A stretch of DNA of 64,000 nt, from contig JBMFRB010000004.1 of the NCBI GenBank assembly GCA_049968255.1, forward strand, positions 128,001 to 192,000. Reading direction: 5' to 3'. Position 1 is the first letter of the stretch, and the number at the start of each line of letters is the position of its first letter. The translations under genes and the position numbers were made by a program. Shown here in pieces: positions 52,523-61,651 of this stretch. The notes under the pieces were generated by a model. The model had not been told where the DNA came from. It ran no database searches and saw nothing but the letters and a program-made list of their open reading frames with translations. The DNA is from Candidatus Sumerlaeaceae bacterium. GTDB lineage: Bacteria > Sumerlaeota > Sumerlaeia > Sumerlaeales > Sumerlaeaceae.

Positions 52523-54652
52523 TTATCGCATACTCCATAGAATCCAAAACATGAAACCCGCCAGAAACACGACACTTACCCCAATGGTGGCAAGGTAAGT
52601 GCTCACCCGACCCGTCTGAAGGCGGCTCAAAGTTTTTCCGCCCGCGGCCGCTGCATCAGCCACAGTGTTCACAATACCGTCCACGACAAAGCGATCGTGA
52701 ACTCCCACAAGCCACGAGACGAACCTTGTTAGCCACCCTGTCCCGTTCACGACCCCGTCAATAACGGACAGATCAAAACGCGCGATAAATCGGCATAAGG
52801 TGAGAAAGGGGCGGATCACAGCGACCCGATAAAACTCGTCAATAAAATACTTGTTCAAAAGCAGCAAATAAAGCAGACGCAAACGAGCAGCCACCTTCGC
52901 GGGATCAATCGCGCGCCTTTGATAAGTGATCCATGCCAATCCGACCCCAAAAACAAACGCGAGCAGCGAGCCCACCACTGCAGCCTGATGCGCAAAATGA
53001 GCCTTTTCGCTATGCCCTCCCTCATCTTCGTGCGTTCCTGCCGAAATCTGAGGATGTTCTTCGTGAGAGCCCCCTGCAGCCATCTCTGGGCCGGCCCCTC
53101 CCGCGCTCATTGCTGGCGAAGGTGGACCGAAACGTTCGACGACTTCTCCCAGCGAAGGAGCTGGATTCCGGCTCCAAAACCAGTTTCCCGCTCCGCCACC
53201 AACAGGGTAAACGCTGAGGCATGCGAGCACGACCAACGGCAGCGCCATCACCCAGGGACTTTCATGGGCGTGATCATACGCCTGGGTGTTGCGTGGCGAG
53301 CCAAAGAAAGCGAGAAAGATAAGCCGAAACATATAAAAGGATGTGAAAAAAGCTGCAACGAGCGCAAAAGCCGGAAGTAGCCAATGAGTAGGCTTTTCCA
53401 TGGCGAATTCGATTGCGGCCGCAATGATCGAGTCCTTCGTGAAGAAGCCCGAAAAGGGTGGCAAGCCGGTGAGTGCAAGTGTCGCTACAAGGAAGGTGAC
53501 GAAGGTAATCGGCATTTTGCGCCGCAGTCCCCCCATCTCGCTGAGATTCTGTGTGTGCAACGCATGGATAACACTTCCTGAGCCAAGAAAAAGACAGGCT
53601 TTGAAGAAGGCATGCGTCGTGAGGTGGTAGACGCCAGCTGTGTAACCCGCCGAGATGAACCCACCTACCCCCAATCCAAGCATCATGTAGCCAAGCTGAG
53701 AAATCGTCGAGTAGGCCAGAACTTTCTTAATGTCATCCATGACGACGCCAATGGTCGCTGCGAAGAGCGCAGTGAACCCGCCAATGTATGCCATGATCAA
53801 GAAATCCTCTGGCGTCAGAAGCAAGTAAGAGCGCGCCATAAGGTAGACTCCCGCCGCGACCATGGTAGCTGCGTGGATCAAGGCGGAGACGGGCGTCGGA
53901 CCTTCCATGGCGTCGGGCAGCCACACGTGCAGCGGGAACTGCGCGCTCTTTCCCACCGCTCCTCCAAATAGGAGTAAACCCACCAGCGTGCGCCAACCAT
54001 GTGTCAGTGATCCGTCAGCAACAGCGACAAAAACGTCCGCGAAACGAAGTGAGCCCACCTGCCAGTAAAGAATCAGGATTCCCATGAACATCAAGACGTC
54101 GCCAATGCGCGTTGTCATGAAGGCCTTCAGGCTCGCGTTAGCGGCACTTGGCTTTTCAAAGTAATGCCCGATCAACAGGTACGAGCAAAATCCCATGATC
54201 TCCCATGAGATGTAAAGCGTCAGAAAATTGTCCGCTAAGACGAGGCTCAGCATGGCCGCGCTGAACAACTGCAGCGCAGCGAAAAAACGCACGTACTTAG
54301 GATCGCCATGCATGTAGCCCATCGAATAAAGGTGGACCAGAAAACTCACCGTGGCCACCATCAACACCATCGTGGCGGAAAGATTGTCCACGAGAATCCC
54401 AACAGGCCATTGAAAGCCGTTTCCGCGTGGATCAAACCAAGGCGACAGCCAGCGCACCGAAACAAGTGGCGAATGCAGTTGAAAAACCGAAGCGAAAATC
54501 GTCGCGGCTTGCGCCAGCACAAGTCCCATGATTGTTGTAGCAAGCCAGTCGCCGCCGCGGGGCAGACGGCGACCAAAGAGCCCGACGATCGCAAAGCCTA
54601 TGAGCGGCAGCGCGATCAATCCCAGCGCCCCTAGTTCTATGCTCGGTTTCAT
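52523..54652 (-). CDS. nuoL: NADH-quinone oxidoreductase subunit L
   Basis: GKSAQFPLHVWLPDAMEGPTPVSALIHAATMV, THAFFKACLFL. Confidence 0.96.
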   Translation of the reverse strand: MKPSIELGALGLIALPLIGFAIVGLFGRRLPRGGDWLATTIMGLVLAQAATIFASVFQLHSPLVSVRWLSPWFDPRGNGFQWPVGILVDNLSATMVLMVATVSFLVHLYSMGYMHGDPKYVRFFAALQLFSAAMLSLVLADNFLTLYISWEIMGFCSYLLIGHYFEKPSAANASLKAFMTTRIGDVLMFMGILILYWQVGSLRFADVFVAVADGSLTHGWRTLVGLLLFGGAVGKSAQFPLHVWLPDAMEGPTPVSALIHAATMVAAGVYLMARSYLLLTPEDFLIMAYIGGFTALFAATIGVVMDDIKKVLAYSTISQLGYMMLGLGVGGFISAGYTAGVYHLTTHAFFKACLFLGSGSVIHALHTQNLSEMGGLRRKMPITFVTFLVATLALTGLPPFSGFFTKDSIIAAAIEFAMEKPTHWLLPAFALVAAFFTSFYMFRLIFLAFFGSPRNTQAYDHAHESPWVMALPLVVLACLSVYPVGGGAGNWFWSRNPAPSLGEVVERFGPPSPAMSAGGAGPEMAAGGSHEEHPQISAGTHEDEGGHSEKAHFAHQAAVVGSLLAFVFGVGLAWITYQRRAIDPAKVAARLRLLYLLLLNKYFIDEFYRVAVIRPFLTLCRFIARFDLSVIDGVVNGTGWLTRFVSWLVGVHDRFVVDGIVNTVADAAAAGGKTLSRLQTGRVSTYLATIGVSVVFLAGFMFWILWSMR

Positions 54653-54660
54653 TCCGATTT

Positions 54661-54999
54661 CTAACCTCGCAACGTATGGGCTTCGTCTATTTCGATGGAA
54701 CCAAAGGTGTTGAACAGGTTGATAAGGATCGCGAGAGCAATCGCGGCCTCACACGCCGCAAGAATGATCACAAAGATCGCGAAGATCTGGCCGTCGAGCG
54801 CCACCGCCTGCGAAAGGCCCGCCACCGGCGCCGGGCGCTCTACAACTCGTGAGAATGCTATAAAGTTAATGTTTGCTGCATTGAGGATGAGTTCTATTCC
54901 AATAAGTACCCCCACCGCATTTTTGCGCGATGCCACGGCCGCAATACCCAAGGCGAACACAACGGCGCTCAAAAGGACAAAATGATAGAGCGTCAGCAT
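54661..54999 (-). CDS. nuoK: NADH-quinone oxidoreductase subunit K
   Basis: IELILNAANINF, GQIFAIF, AACEAAIALA. Confidence 0.95.
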   Translation of the reverse strand: MLTLYHFVLLSAVVFALGIAAVASRKNAVGVLIGIELILNAANINFIAFSRVVERPAPVAGLSQAVALDGQIFAIFVIILAACEAAIALAILINLFNTFGSIEIDEAHTLRG

Positions 55000-55002
55000 G
55001 CC

Positions 55003-55503
55003 CTAGTCACGCTCCTTTCTGCGGACTAGGTACGACGCACCAATGAGTGCGGCTAAGAGCGTGAGCGAGGAGAACTCAAAAGCGATGACATATTTTTGCA
55101 AAAGAAGCACGCCAAGCGGTGCGGTTGTAGGCACCTGGGCTAAAAGGGGCCGAACCGGCCAGTAGGCCGAGGTCAGTATGGTCAAAAGTATCGCGAACAC
55201 CCCCGCTGCAATCGCCGTCCCCACCCAAAAGGGGCGGCGACTCGAGCTAATCAAATCTTCGAGAGAGCGATTCGTAAGGAGTATCCCAAACAGCAGGAGG
55301 ACCAAAATTCCCCCCACGTAAATCACCACCTGCGTGACGGCAAGAAAATCTGCATCGAGAAGCGCGTAAATCCCGGCAGTTGTGAGGAGCGACACGAAGA
55401 GAGCATAGGCCGCATTGACGATGCTGCGTGCAAATGCGGCTACTGTCGCGCTCACTACGATGAGCGTGGCGAGTAGCCAAAACGCAACAACTCCGCCTTG
55501 CAT
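55003..55503 (-). CDS. nuoJ: NADH-quinone oxidoreductase subunit J
   Basis: ADFLAVTQVVIYVGGILVLLLFGILLT; FEFSSLTLLAALIGA. Confidence 0.93.
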   Translation of the reverse strand: MQGGVVAFWLLATLIVVSATVAAFARSIVNAAYALFVSLLTTAGIYALLDADFLAVTQVVIYVGGILVLLLFGILLTNRSLEDLISSSRRPFWVGTAIAAGVFAILLTILTSAYWPVRPLLAQVPTTAPLGVLLLQKYVIAFEFSSLTLLAALIGASYLVRRKERD

Positions 55504-55655
55504 GATTTCGGCACCAACCTTCCCTTGCCTGCTGAGGCTCAAAGTCGGGGCAAAATTCCGAGCAAAAATTCGACGCTATCATTGCCCGAAAAGGGGGTAC
55601 GTCAACAACAAATCGGACTCGAATGTCCGGTTTGTCTTACCGTGGAACGCCCGTC

Positions 55656-56999
55656 CTATTTGTCACGCCCCATGATCATGTCTGCAAAATTTTTCTGCGA
55701 GAAAAACGAATCGAACACGCTAGCGAGCCGGGGGATTTGGTCCACAACGGCAAACAACTGCGAGTGGTGTCCGAAATAATTTTCCACTGTGCCCAACGCT
55801 TCGGAGAAGGCTTGAAGAGGCTCAGTACCGTGGGTGATTATGCTGGCGTGTGCGTAAACGGGTACAAGCGCAACGCGTAGAGTCAACAGCTCCAGCCCGC
55901 GCCGCAGACCTTGCTTTTCTAAGGCCAGATCCTTGCGAAAGATGCACATGTTCACGTAGCGCTCCAACATTTCGTCCGCCTCTGGGGGCAAACCATCAAT
56001 TTTTGCGTTGAGGATGTTCCGTGGCAATGCGGACGGAAGCGGCGGAACCTGCATCCGTCCGATTCCGAGTGCCGAAGCGACGTAGTTTGCCACGAGAATC
56101 CAGGAAGCCTGCAACGGCTTGCCTGATTTCCACATCGAAGCGGCACATGCCAGCAGAAGTCCAAGGAAAGTTCGCCGTGCTGCAGCGTTGGGGCGTGGCT
56201 TGCTGGCAATGCGCAACGGCTCGCGAAATTCCGATCGGCGCAAAACTCCTATGAAAGCGCGGACCTCCTCGTCCGCGATGAGAAGTTGCTCGATGCTTCC
56301 AGGTACGCGAGGCACGCGCGCTTCGGCCCATAGCCGGAACATCCCGAACAAAACGTGGGCAGCCGAGAGGCGATGGGGAAGTGCAAAGGCTGTTTGGGCG
56401 AGCAGGTCAAACAGCGCGCCCTCTATCATTTCGTAGGCGGCCCACCGAATCGCATAAGCGCCGTCAAACCCGATCGCGTCGCGGATGGTATCGCATCGAT
56501 AGGCTTCGTGGGCGTGGCGCCTTAGCTGCGGAAGTTGCTCGCTCAATAGTGTTCCCATGCCTGCTCGCACAGAAGGGCACGAGTACGAAAGCCCCACAAA
56601 TATCCCCGCCGGAGTACGGCGAAAGATATAAGGGAAATCGCGGCAGACTTGCGGTTTAGCGGATTCTCCCAACATCATGTGAATGGCGCATTTCCTGTCG
56701 CGGGTAAGGAAAACGCATTCTCCGGATGCCCGACGCGCAAGGGTCGCGCACGTGGAATTCTCCTCGTTGATCGTGCTGAGCGGAGTTGGGGGAAGAGTAT
56801 CGCTCAAAAGCTCGCCGATAGCGGGAAGGTTTCTCAGAATTGTTTCAGCGCGCTCGCTGTCTACTGGGATGCGCGGGAAGACTTGGCAGCAAAGGCCACA
56901 GTGCTGACAACTGAAGCGCGAATCGGGAAGCACGCAAATTGCCTCCCCACTTTCATGTGTCGAATCCTTTGGCAGGGAGCGTTCCGGCAAGGTTAGCAC
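55656..56999 (-). CDS. YkgJ/FliB-like cysteine-cluster (CxxCxxCC) protein
   Basis: FSCQHCGLCC, CVFL...CAIH, KPQVCRDFP, LSYSCP. Confidence 0.8.
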   Translation of the reverse strand: MLTLPERSLPKDSTHESGEAICVLPDSRFSCQHCGLCCQVFPRIPVDSERAETILRNLPAIGELLSDTLPPTPLSTINEENSTCATLARRASGECVFLTRDRKCAIHMMLGESAKPQVCRDFPYIFRRTPAGIFVGLSYSCPSVRAGMGTLLSEQLPQLRRHAHEAYRCDTIRDAIGFDGAYAIRWAAYEMIEGALFDLLAQTAFALPHRLSAAHVLFGMFRLWAEARVPRVPGSIEQLLIADEEVRAFIGVLRRSEFREPLRIASKPRPNAAARRTFLGLLLACAASMWKSGKPLQASWILVANYVASALGIGRMQVPPLPSALPRNILNAKIDGLPPEADEMLERYVNMCIFRKDLALEKQGLRRGLELLTLRVALVPVYAHASIITHGTEPLQAFSEALGTVENYFGHHSQLFAVVDQIPRLASVFDSFFSQKNFADMIMGRDK

Positions 57000-57004
57000 T
57001 TACC

Positions 57005-57244
57005 CTAAGACTCGTTCGGAACGGGTTTCGCTTCCGAAGCGGGCTGCTCGGCTTTGTCGAACGCCAGCGGGCTATACATTTCAGTGTAGCCGCACAGCGT
57101 GCACGTCAGAAGGACAAACTCCTCTGAACCGAATGAGAGCAAAGGGGGGAACTTGCCGGGCAACTTGACCGTGCGCGCCACCGCCGTTTTGCCACGGCAC
57201 TTTGTGCAACAAAACGAGCTTAGCAATTTCTCCTCAAATGTCAT
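57005..57244 (-). CDS. Small zinc-ribbon protein (DUF2082-like)
   Basis: CTKC...CTLCGYTEMY. Confidence 0.75.
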   Translation of the reverse strand: MTFEEKLLSSFCCTKCRGKTAVARTVKLPGKFPPLLSFGSEEFVLLTCTLCGYTEMYSPLAFDKAEQPASEAKPVPNES

Positions 57245-57354
57245 CGCCGCCTTGCCCTCTGATCTCTTGGTACACAAGCCAGCACTCTGTGACATTTACA
57301 ATCAATCACGAATATGGTTGCATCGCTAAGAGGCACCAGAACAATGCTCGTATC

Positions 57355-57912
57355 ATGAAAAAACACACCACCATGGCCCTTGCGGTCTCAACTTCGAAGC
57401 TTGTGATTGTGTTGTTGGCAGGCATGCTTTTGCTCGCAGGCTGCAAAGATCAAGATTTCTCCTTCAAACCCGATTTTTCTGTGAATTTGTTCTTTCCAGG
57501 ACCAAAGTGGCCAAACACCAAGAAGCTCACAAAAGTCGAGAGCGACGTGTACGAACGCTACGGCCGGCCAGCCGCCTTTCGAGTTCTATGGCCGCCGAAT
57601 GGCGACATAAAACTTCGTTCCGAACTTGAGGATGTCTTCGGAAAGCAGCCAAAGGTATTGCCACCGTACTCGTGGGTTTATCCGTCGCTCGGCAAGGAGA
57701 TCGTTTTCCGTGGGCAAGCGTACGAAGAGCGCCCTCTCAGCGACAAGGTCCGGCTCATTCTCAAATACGGCGATCCCGAGGACGTGAAGGAACTCTCGAG
57801 CGGCGTGGTGCAGTGGACGTATTACAGCGCCGGAAAGATGCTCAAGCTCCGTGAGGGCCGCATCGTGGAAGAAAAAGAATTTCCTGCGATGGGCCGTTTC
57901 CTGAAAAATTAG
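57355..57912 (+). CDS. Hypothetical lipoprotein
   Basis: Hydrophobic stretch ending in the lipobox LAGC; two YG.P repeats. Confidence 0.7.
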   Translation: MKKHTTMALAVSTSKLVIVLLAGMLLLAGCKDQDFSFKPDFSVNLFFPGPKWPNTKKLTKVESDVYERYGRPAAFRVLWPPNGDIKLRSELEDVFGKQPKVLPPYSWVYPSLGKEIVFRGQAYEERPLSDKVRLILKYGDPEDVKELSSGVVQWTYYSAGKMLKLREGRIVEEKEFPAMGRFLKN

Positions 57913-57995
57913 GCGAAGAGGCACCTTCGAGAAAGGACACGCCAGCACAGAATCGGGTGGTCCCGTGAGATAGGACCCCCCGCCGTTTCGCGCGG

Positions 57996-58916
57996 TTACG
58001 GCGTGCCACCGTCCTCCGCGATGACGTTCTCGAGAATGCCGATCTTCTCAATTTGAATGCGCACAACGTCGCCAGGTTGAAGAAAGAGAGGTGGGTTTCG
58101 CCACACGCCCACGCCGGAAGGTGTGCCGGTTGAGATAATGTCGCCCGGTTCTAGCGAGATGCCTTGCGAAATGAACTCGATAAGCTGGGCCACAGAGAAA
58201 ATCATCCTGCTTGTGTGACTGTGCTGCATGAGCATCCCGTTGACTGTCGTGATGAGTTCAAGCTGTTGGGGATCCGGAATTTCATCGGTCGTCACCACAC
58301 ACGGCCCTGTCGGCGCAAAGCCATCCATGCTTTTCGCACGCAGCCATTGGCCATCAGCCTTCTGGATATCGCGCGCGCTGACATCATTGACAACGGTATA
58401 GCCCAAAACGTACTCCAGCGCTTGCTCTGACGGAATTCTCTTTCCGCCACGACCGATGATCACACCTAGCTCCCCTTCGAAGTCGAGTTTCGTCGTCACG
58501 CTAGGCCGAGGCACGACGTCCCCATGCCCCCGGATAGCGTTAGCAAATTTTGCAAAAATCACGGGTGACTTTGGCGGCTCGAGATTTTGTTCCTCGCAGT
58601 GATCGCGGTAATTGAGCCCAACGCAGATGAATTTGCGAGGAGCTGGGATAGGCGGCAGAATGCGCACAGTGTCCGGGTCATAATGAGTGCAATCTTTAAG
58701 CACGCCTTTCTGCTCAGCGGCTTCAAGCAGTTGCTGAAGCTCATGAACGCCACGCGAGGGATTTGCTGCCAACGCAAGCAGATCAGCCTGATCCACAAAA
58801 TCAGGGTTTGGGTGACCGAGCTTTTCACACAGCTCCGCAAAACTTATCAGTCGGTCTCCATGCTGAGTTCCGAGGAGAGCCTTGCCCTCCTTAGCGATAA
58901 ACCGATAAAGTTTCAT
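57996..58916 (-). CDS. Fumarylacetoacetate hydrolase family protein
   Basis: CVGLNYRDH, DFEGELGV, NDVSARD, AKSMD, GDIISTGTPSGVG. Confidence 0.93.
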   Translation of the reverse strand: MKLYRFIAKEGKALLGTQHGDRLISFAELCEKLGHPNPDFVDQADLLALAANPSRGVHELQQLLEAAEQKGVLKDCTHYDPDTVRILPPIPAPRKFICVGLNYRDHCEEQNLEPPKSPVIFAKFANAIRGHGDVVPRPSVTTKLDFEGELGVIIGRGGKRIPSEQALEYVLGYTVVNDVSARDIQKADGQWLRAKSMDGFAPTGPCVVTTDEIPDPQQLELITTVNGMLMQHSHTSRMIFSVAQLIEFISQGISLEPGDIISTGTPSGVGVWRNPPLFLQPGDVVRIQIEKIGILENVIAEDGGTP

Positions 58917-58934
58917 AAGTTAAGATTCCTTTTC

Positions 58935-60146
58935 TCATTCGATCGCAGGAACACTTTTCTCCCAGCGTTCTTCAAGCCATCGCATGGCCGATCGATTGGC
59001 GATGGCAAAAACATCAGCAAGTGGGACGTTTTTTTCCCTAGCGATACGTCGGCAATCCTCGAATTCCGGTGTGATCTTCAAAACTTGGTCGCCCCAAAAG
59101 CCGACTTTCATCCGAACCGGCCCCCACGGCGTCGGAACTTCATGGAGTTCCCTCCGCAGGCAATAGCGATCGCAGGGAATGACCTTGACGCCAAACGTCG
59201 TCGACTCGCGCAAAAGCACCTCTAGAATGCTTTGGACCTGCTCCGGTGTCGTCAGGCACTGCACGCTCACCGCCGGCCGATTTTTCTTCATTTGGATCGG
59301 CGCAAACGCGACATCGAGGGCGCCGGCTGCAAAAAGTCTCTCCTGAAGGTAGCCGAACAGTTCCCCTGTCATGTCGTCTATCTCCGTCTGAAGAAGCACA
59401 AGCTCGCGCCGCTCGAGAGGTAGCTCATCTGCACTGTCGCCAAGAAAAACCCTCAGGCAATTGCTAAAGCCTTTGTCCTCGCGCCCTCCTGCACCGTAGC
59501 CCACTTGCTCAATTTTCAAGTGCCAAGGCTGTGCGAACTCCGAAACAAGGGTTCGCAAAATCGCCGCACCAGTTGGTGTTGTCAGCTCACCTTTTCTGCC
59601 ACCATCGGTGATGGGCACACCCCGAAGCAGCAGAGCTGTTGCAGGGGCAGGAACTGGCAATTCTCCGTGAGCAGCTCGCACTCTACCGCTTCCCACCACA
59701 ATCTCCGAAGCTGTTGCGTGACCTATTCCTAAATACTCATAGCACCACATCGCTCCAACAATGTCCACGATTGCATCGAGCGCACCCACTTCATGAAATT
59801 GAACCTTCTCCATGGGCATCTTGTGCACCGTCGCCTCTGCCTCTGCCAACAGCCGAAAGCACGCGATGGCGCGCTCTTTGACCGAAGAGGGAAGCTCGGA
59901 ATTGCTAATAATAGACTGAATTTCACCAAAACCACGGTGATGGTGCTGGTGTTGGCATTCCACAATGGCCTGCGTGGCGATAATGCCTCCCCGAAGAACT
60001 CTCTGCGCGGAAATAGAATATCCCTCGATCGGCAGCGACGCCAATGCACGCCGTAGCTCCTCAAGCGGTACACCGACATCCAAAAAGGCACCAAGCACCA
60101 TGTCGCCGCTGATTCCGCTGTAACAGTCGAAGTGTGCGCTTTTCAT
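58935..60146 (-). CDS. larC: Nickel pincer cofactor biosynthesis protein LarC (Ni insertase)
   Basis: DCYSGISGDM.LGA, HQHHHR, FHEVGALD.IVD, PVPAPAT, TPTGAA, MKKNRP, PEFED. Confidence 0.93.
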   Translation of the reverse strand: MKSAHFDCYSGISGDMVLGAFLDVGVPLEELRRALASLPIEGYSISAQRVLRGGIIATQAIVECQHQHHHRGFGEIQSIISNSELPSSVKERAIACFRLLAEAEATVHKMPMEKVQFHEVGALDAIVDIVGAMWCYEYLGIGHATASEIVVGSGRVRAAHGELPVPAPATALLLRGVPITDGGRKGELTTPTGAAILRTLVSEFAQPWHLKIEQVGYGAGGREDKGFSNCLRVFLGDSADELPLERRELVLLQTEIDDMTGELFGYLQERLFAAGALDVAFAPIQMKKNRPAVSVQCLTTPEQVQSILEVLLRESTTFGVKVIPCDRYCLRRELHEVPTPWGPVRMKVGFWGDQVLKITPEFEDCRRIAREKNVPLADVFAIANRSAMRWLEERWEKSVPAIE

Positions 60147-60931
60147 GCGCGTCTCCTTTTCGTGGCTCTGCGCCCATGCTGGTTGATGAAATGTGCCACA
60201 AGTGCTGCGCCAAAACCATTGTCAATGTTCACCACTGCAACCCCGCCGCTGCACGAGTTGAGCATTCCGAGCAGCGCTGCAATTCCTCCAAAACTTGCCC
60301 CATAACCAATACTTGTCGGCACAGCGATCACAGGCACCGCTACGAGCCCTGCCACCACACTCGGTAAGGCGCCTTCCATACCTGCGGCAACAATGATCAC
60401 CCGGGCGCGCAACAGGACCTCGCTAGCCGCATTCATCAACCGATGCAAGCCAGCAACGCCCACGTCATAAACCCGCTTCACCCGGTTGCCCATGATCTCA
60501 GCGCACACAGCAGCTTCTTCAGCGACTGGCAGATCAGATGTGCCAGCAGAAAGCACCGCGATGAGTCCCTCTTTGCGAGGTTTACCGGCAGCTTTGGCCA
60601 ACACACGAGCCTCCGGATGATAGGTGAGGCCCTTGTGGCGCGCCATGACGTACTCAGCCTTGTCAGCCGAAATCCGCGTGCACAAGATGGTTTGTCCCGC
60701 CTCATCCATGCGCTTCACGGCCTCGAGAATTTGTTCTTGCGTCTTGTTTGCACCGTAGATGGCTTCAGGCACACCACGCCGATGTAAGCGATGAAGATCG
60801 AGTTTTGTGTGCATCAACTCCGCATATCCGCTCACGAAATTGACGTGGAGTTTCTCGCGGGCCTGCTCGGGCGACAACTTCCCCTGCGCGACCTGTGTCA
60901 GCAGATCAAGGATGCAATCGTCATTTCTCAT
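60143..60931 (-). CDS. larB: Nickel pincer cofactor biosynthesis protein LarB (PurE-like)
   Basis: AGTSDLPVAEEA, DVGVAGLHRL, AGMEGALPSVV, PTSIGYG, NSC, VNIDNGFGA. Confidence 0.94.
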   Translation of the reverse strand: MRNDDCILDLLTQVAQGKLSPEQAREKLHVNFVSGYAELMHTKLDLHRLHRRGVPEAIYGANKTQEQILEAVKRMDEAGQTILCTRISADKAEYVMARHKGLTYHPEARVLAKAAGKPRKEGLIAVLSAGTSDLPVAEEAAVCAEIMGNRVKRVYDVGVAGLHRLMNAASEVLLRARVIIVAAGMEGALPSVVAGLVAVPVIAVPTSIGYGASFGGIAALLGMLNSCSGGVAVVNIDNGFGAALVAHFINQHGRRATKRRRA

Positions 60932-60979
60932 AGTGCTACAGCTTGTCTCGCAGCCAAGTAACTGCAAGCCCTACTCGCT

Positions 60980-61651
60980 TCACGGTGGGCCAATCCCAAA
61001 GGCGCGCATAAAGTCTGCACGTCCATCGCGAAGTTCTACCCGTCCGTTTGACATTAGTGCGTTTTCGCGATCATGAGCCTCACCGTGGGGATAGCGTACG
61101 TCCTTCGCTGACGGATTGAAACTATACTCGACCGGCACCCACAGGCATCTGGCGAGCCAAATATCGTGCGAGTCTCTGTCGACATTGTTTGGCGCTCCAA
61201 TAGGGCCACCGGTGTCTATCGCTGAATTGTTGTAGGCATACCGGAAGCGCTGAAGCCGATCGCCGCGAAATTGCTCGCGGTAGCTTGGGCAAAACAGGTA
61301 CTCATCGCTAGTCAGGTAGCCCATCCGAACCAGAACCCGCGGAACCCCATCCCAGCTTCCATTTGCAGCCGGTCCATCCCCTGGCGTGGTTTGGCCCATG
61401 CTTTCTTGCAAACCAGCCGTCCCGTCAGCAGGTGGATATCGGTTGTTATCAAGTTTATATGCGTACAACGCATACGCGATCGCTTTGAGGTTCGAGGCGC
61501 AACGCGCCTGGTTGGCGCGTTCTTTGGCATGCTTGAGATTCACCAATGCGATCGCGCTAAGGATCGCCACAATGGCGACCACGATGAGAAGCTCAATGAG
61601 AGTAAAAGCGACGGAAAGACGTCGTGCGGAAATCACTCGTACAAAGCCCAA
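60980..61651 (-). CDS. Prepilin-type N-terminal cleavage/methylation protein (DUF1559/H-X9-DG-like pseudopilin)
   Basis: A|FTLIELLIVVAIVAILSAIAL, AKERA..ARC.SNLK.I, FCPS, C-terminal PH...NALMSNGRV. Confidence 0.88.
   Translation of the reverse strand: MGFVRVISARRLSVAFTLIELLIVVAIVAILSAIALVNLKHAKERANQARCASNLKAIAYALYAYKLDNNRYPPADGTAGLQESMGQTTPGDGPAANGSWDGVPRVLVRMGYLTSDEYLFCPSYREQFRGDRLQRFRYAYNNSAIDTGGPIGAPNNVDRDSHDIWLARCLWVPVEYSFNPSAKDVRYPHGEAHDRENALMSNGRVELRDGRADFMRAFGIGPP

Noticed and set aside
55550-55572. Short imperfect tandem GCAAAATTCCGA/GCAAAAATTCG upstream of nuoJ
   Set aside because: Two short imperfect copies, compatible with chance
58935-60146. Programmed frameshift in larC, as known in Lactobacillus
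   Set aside because: A single uninterrupted ORF contains both the LarC1 and LarC2 parts
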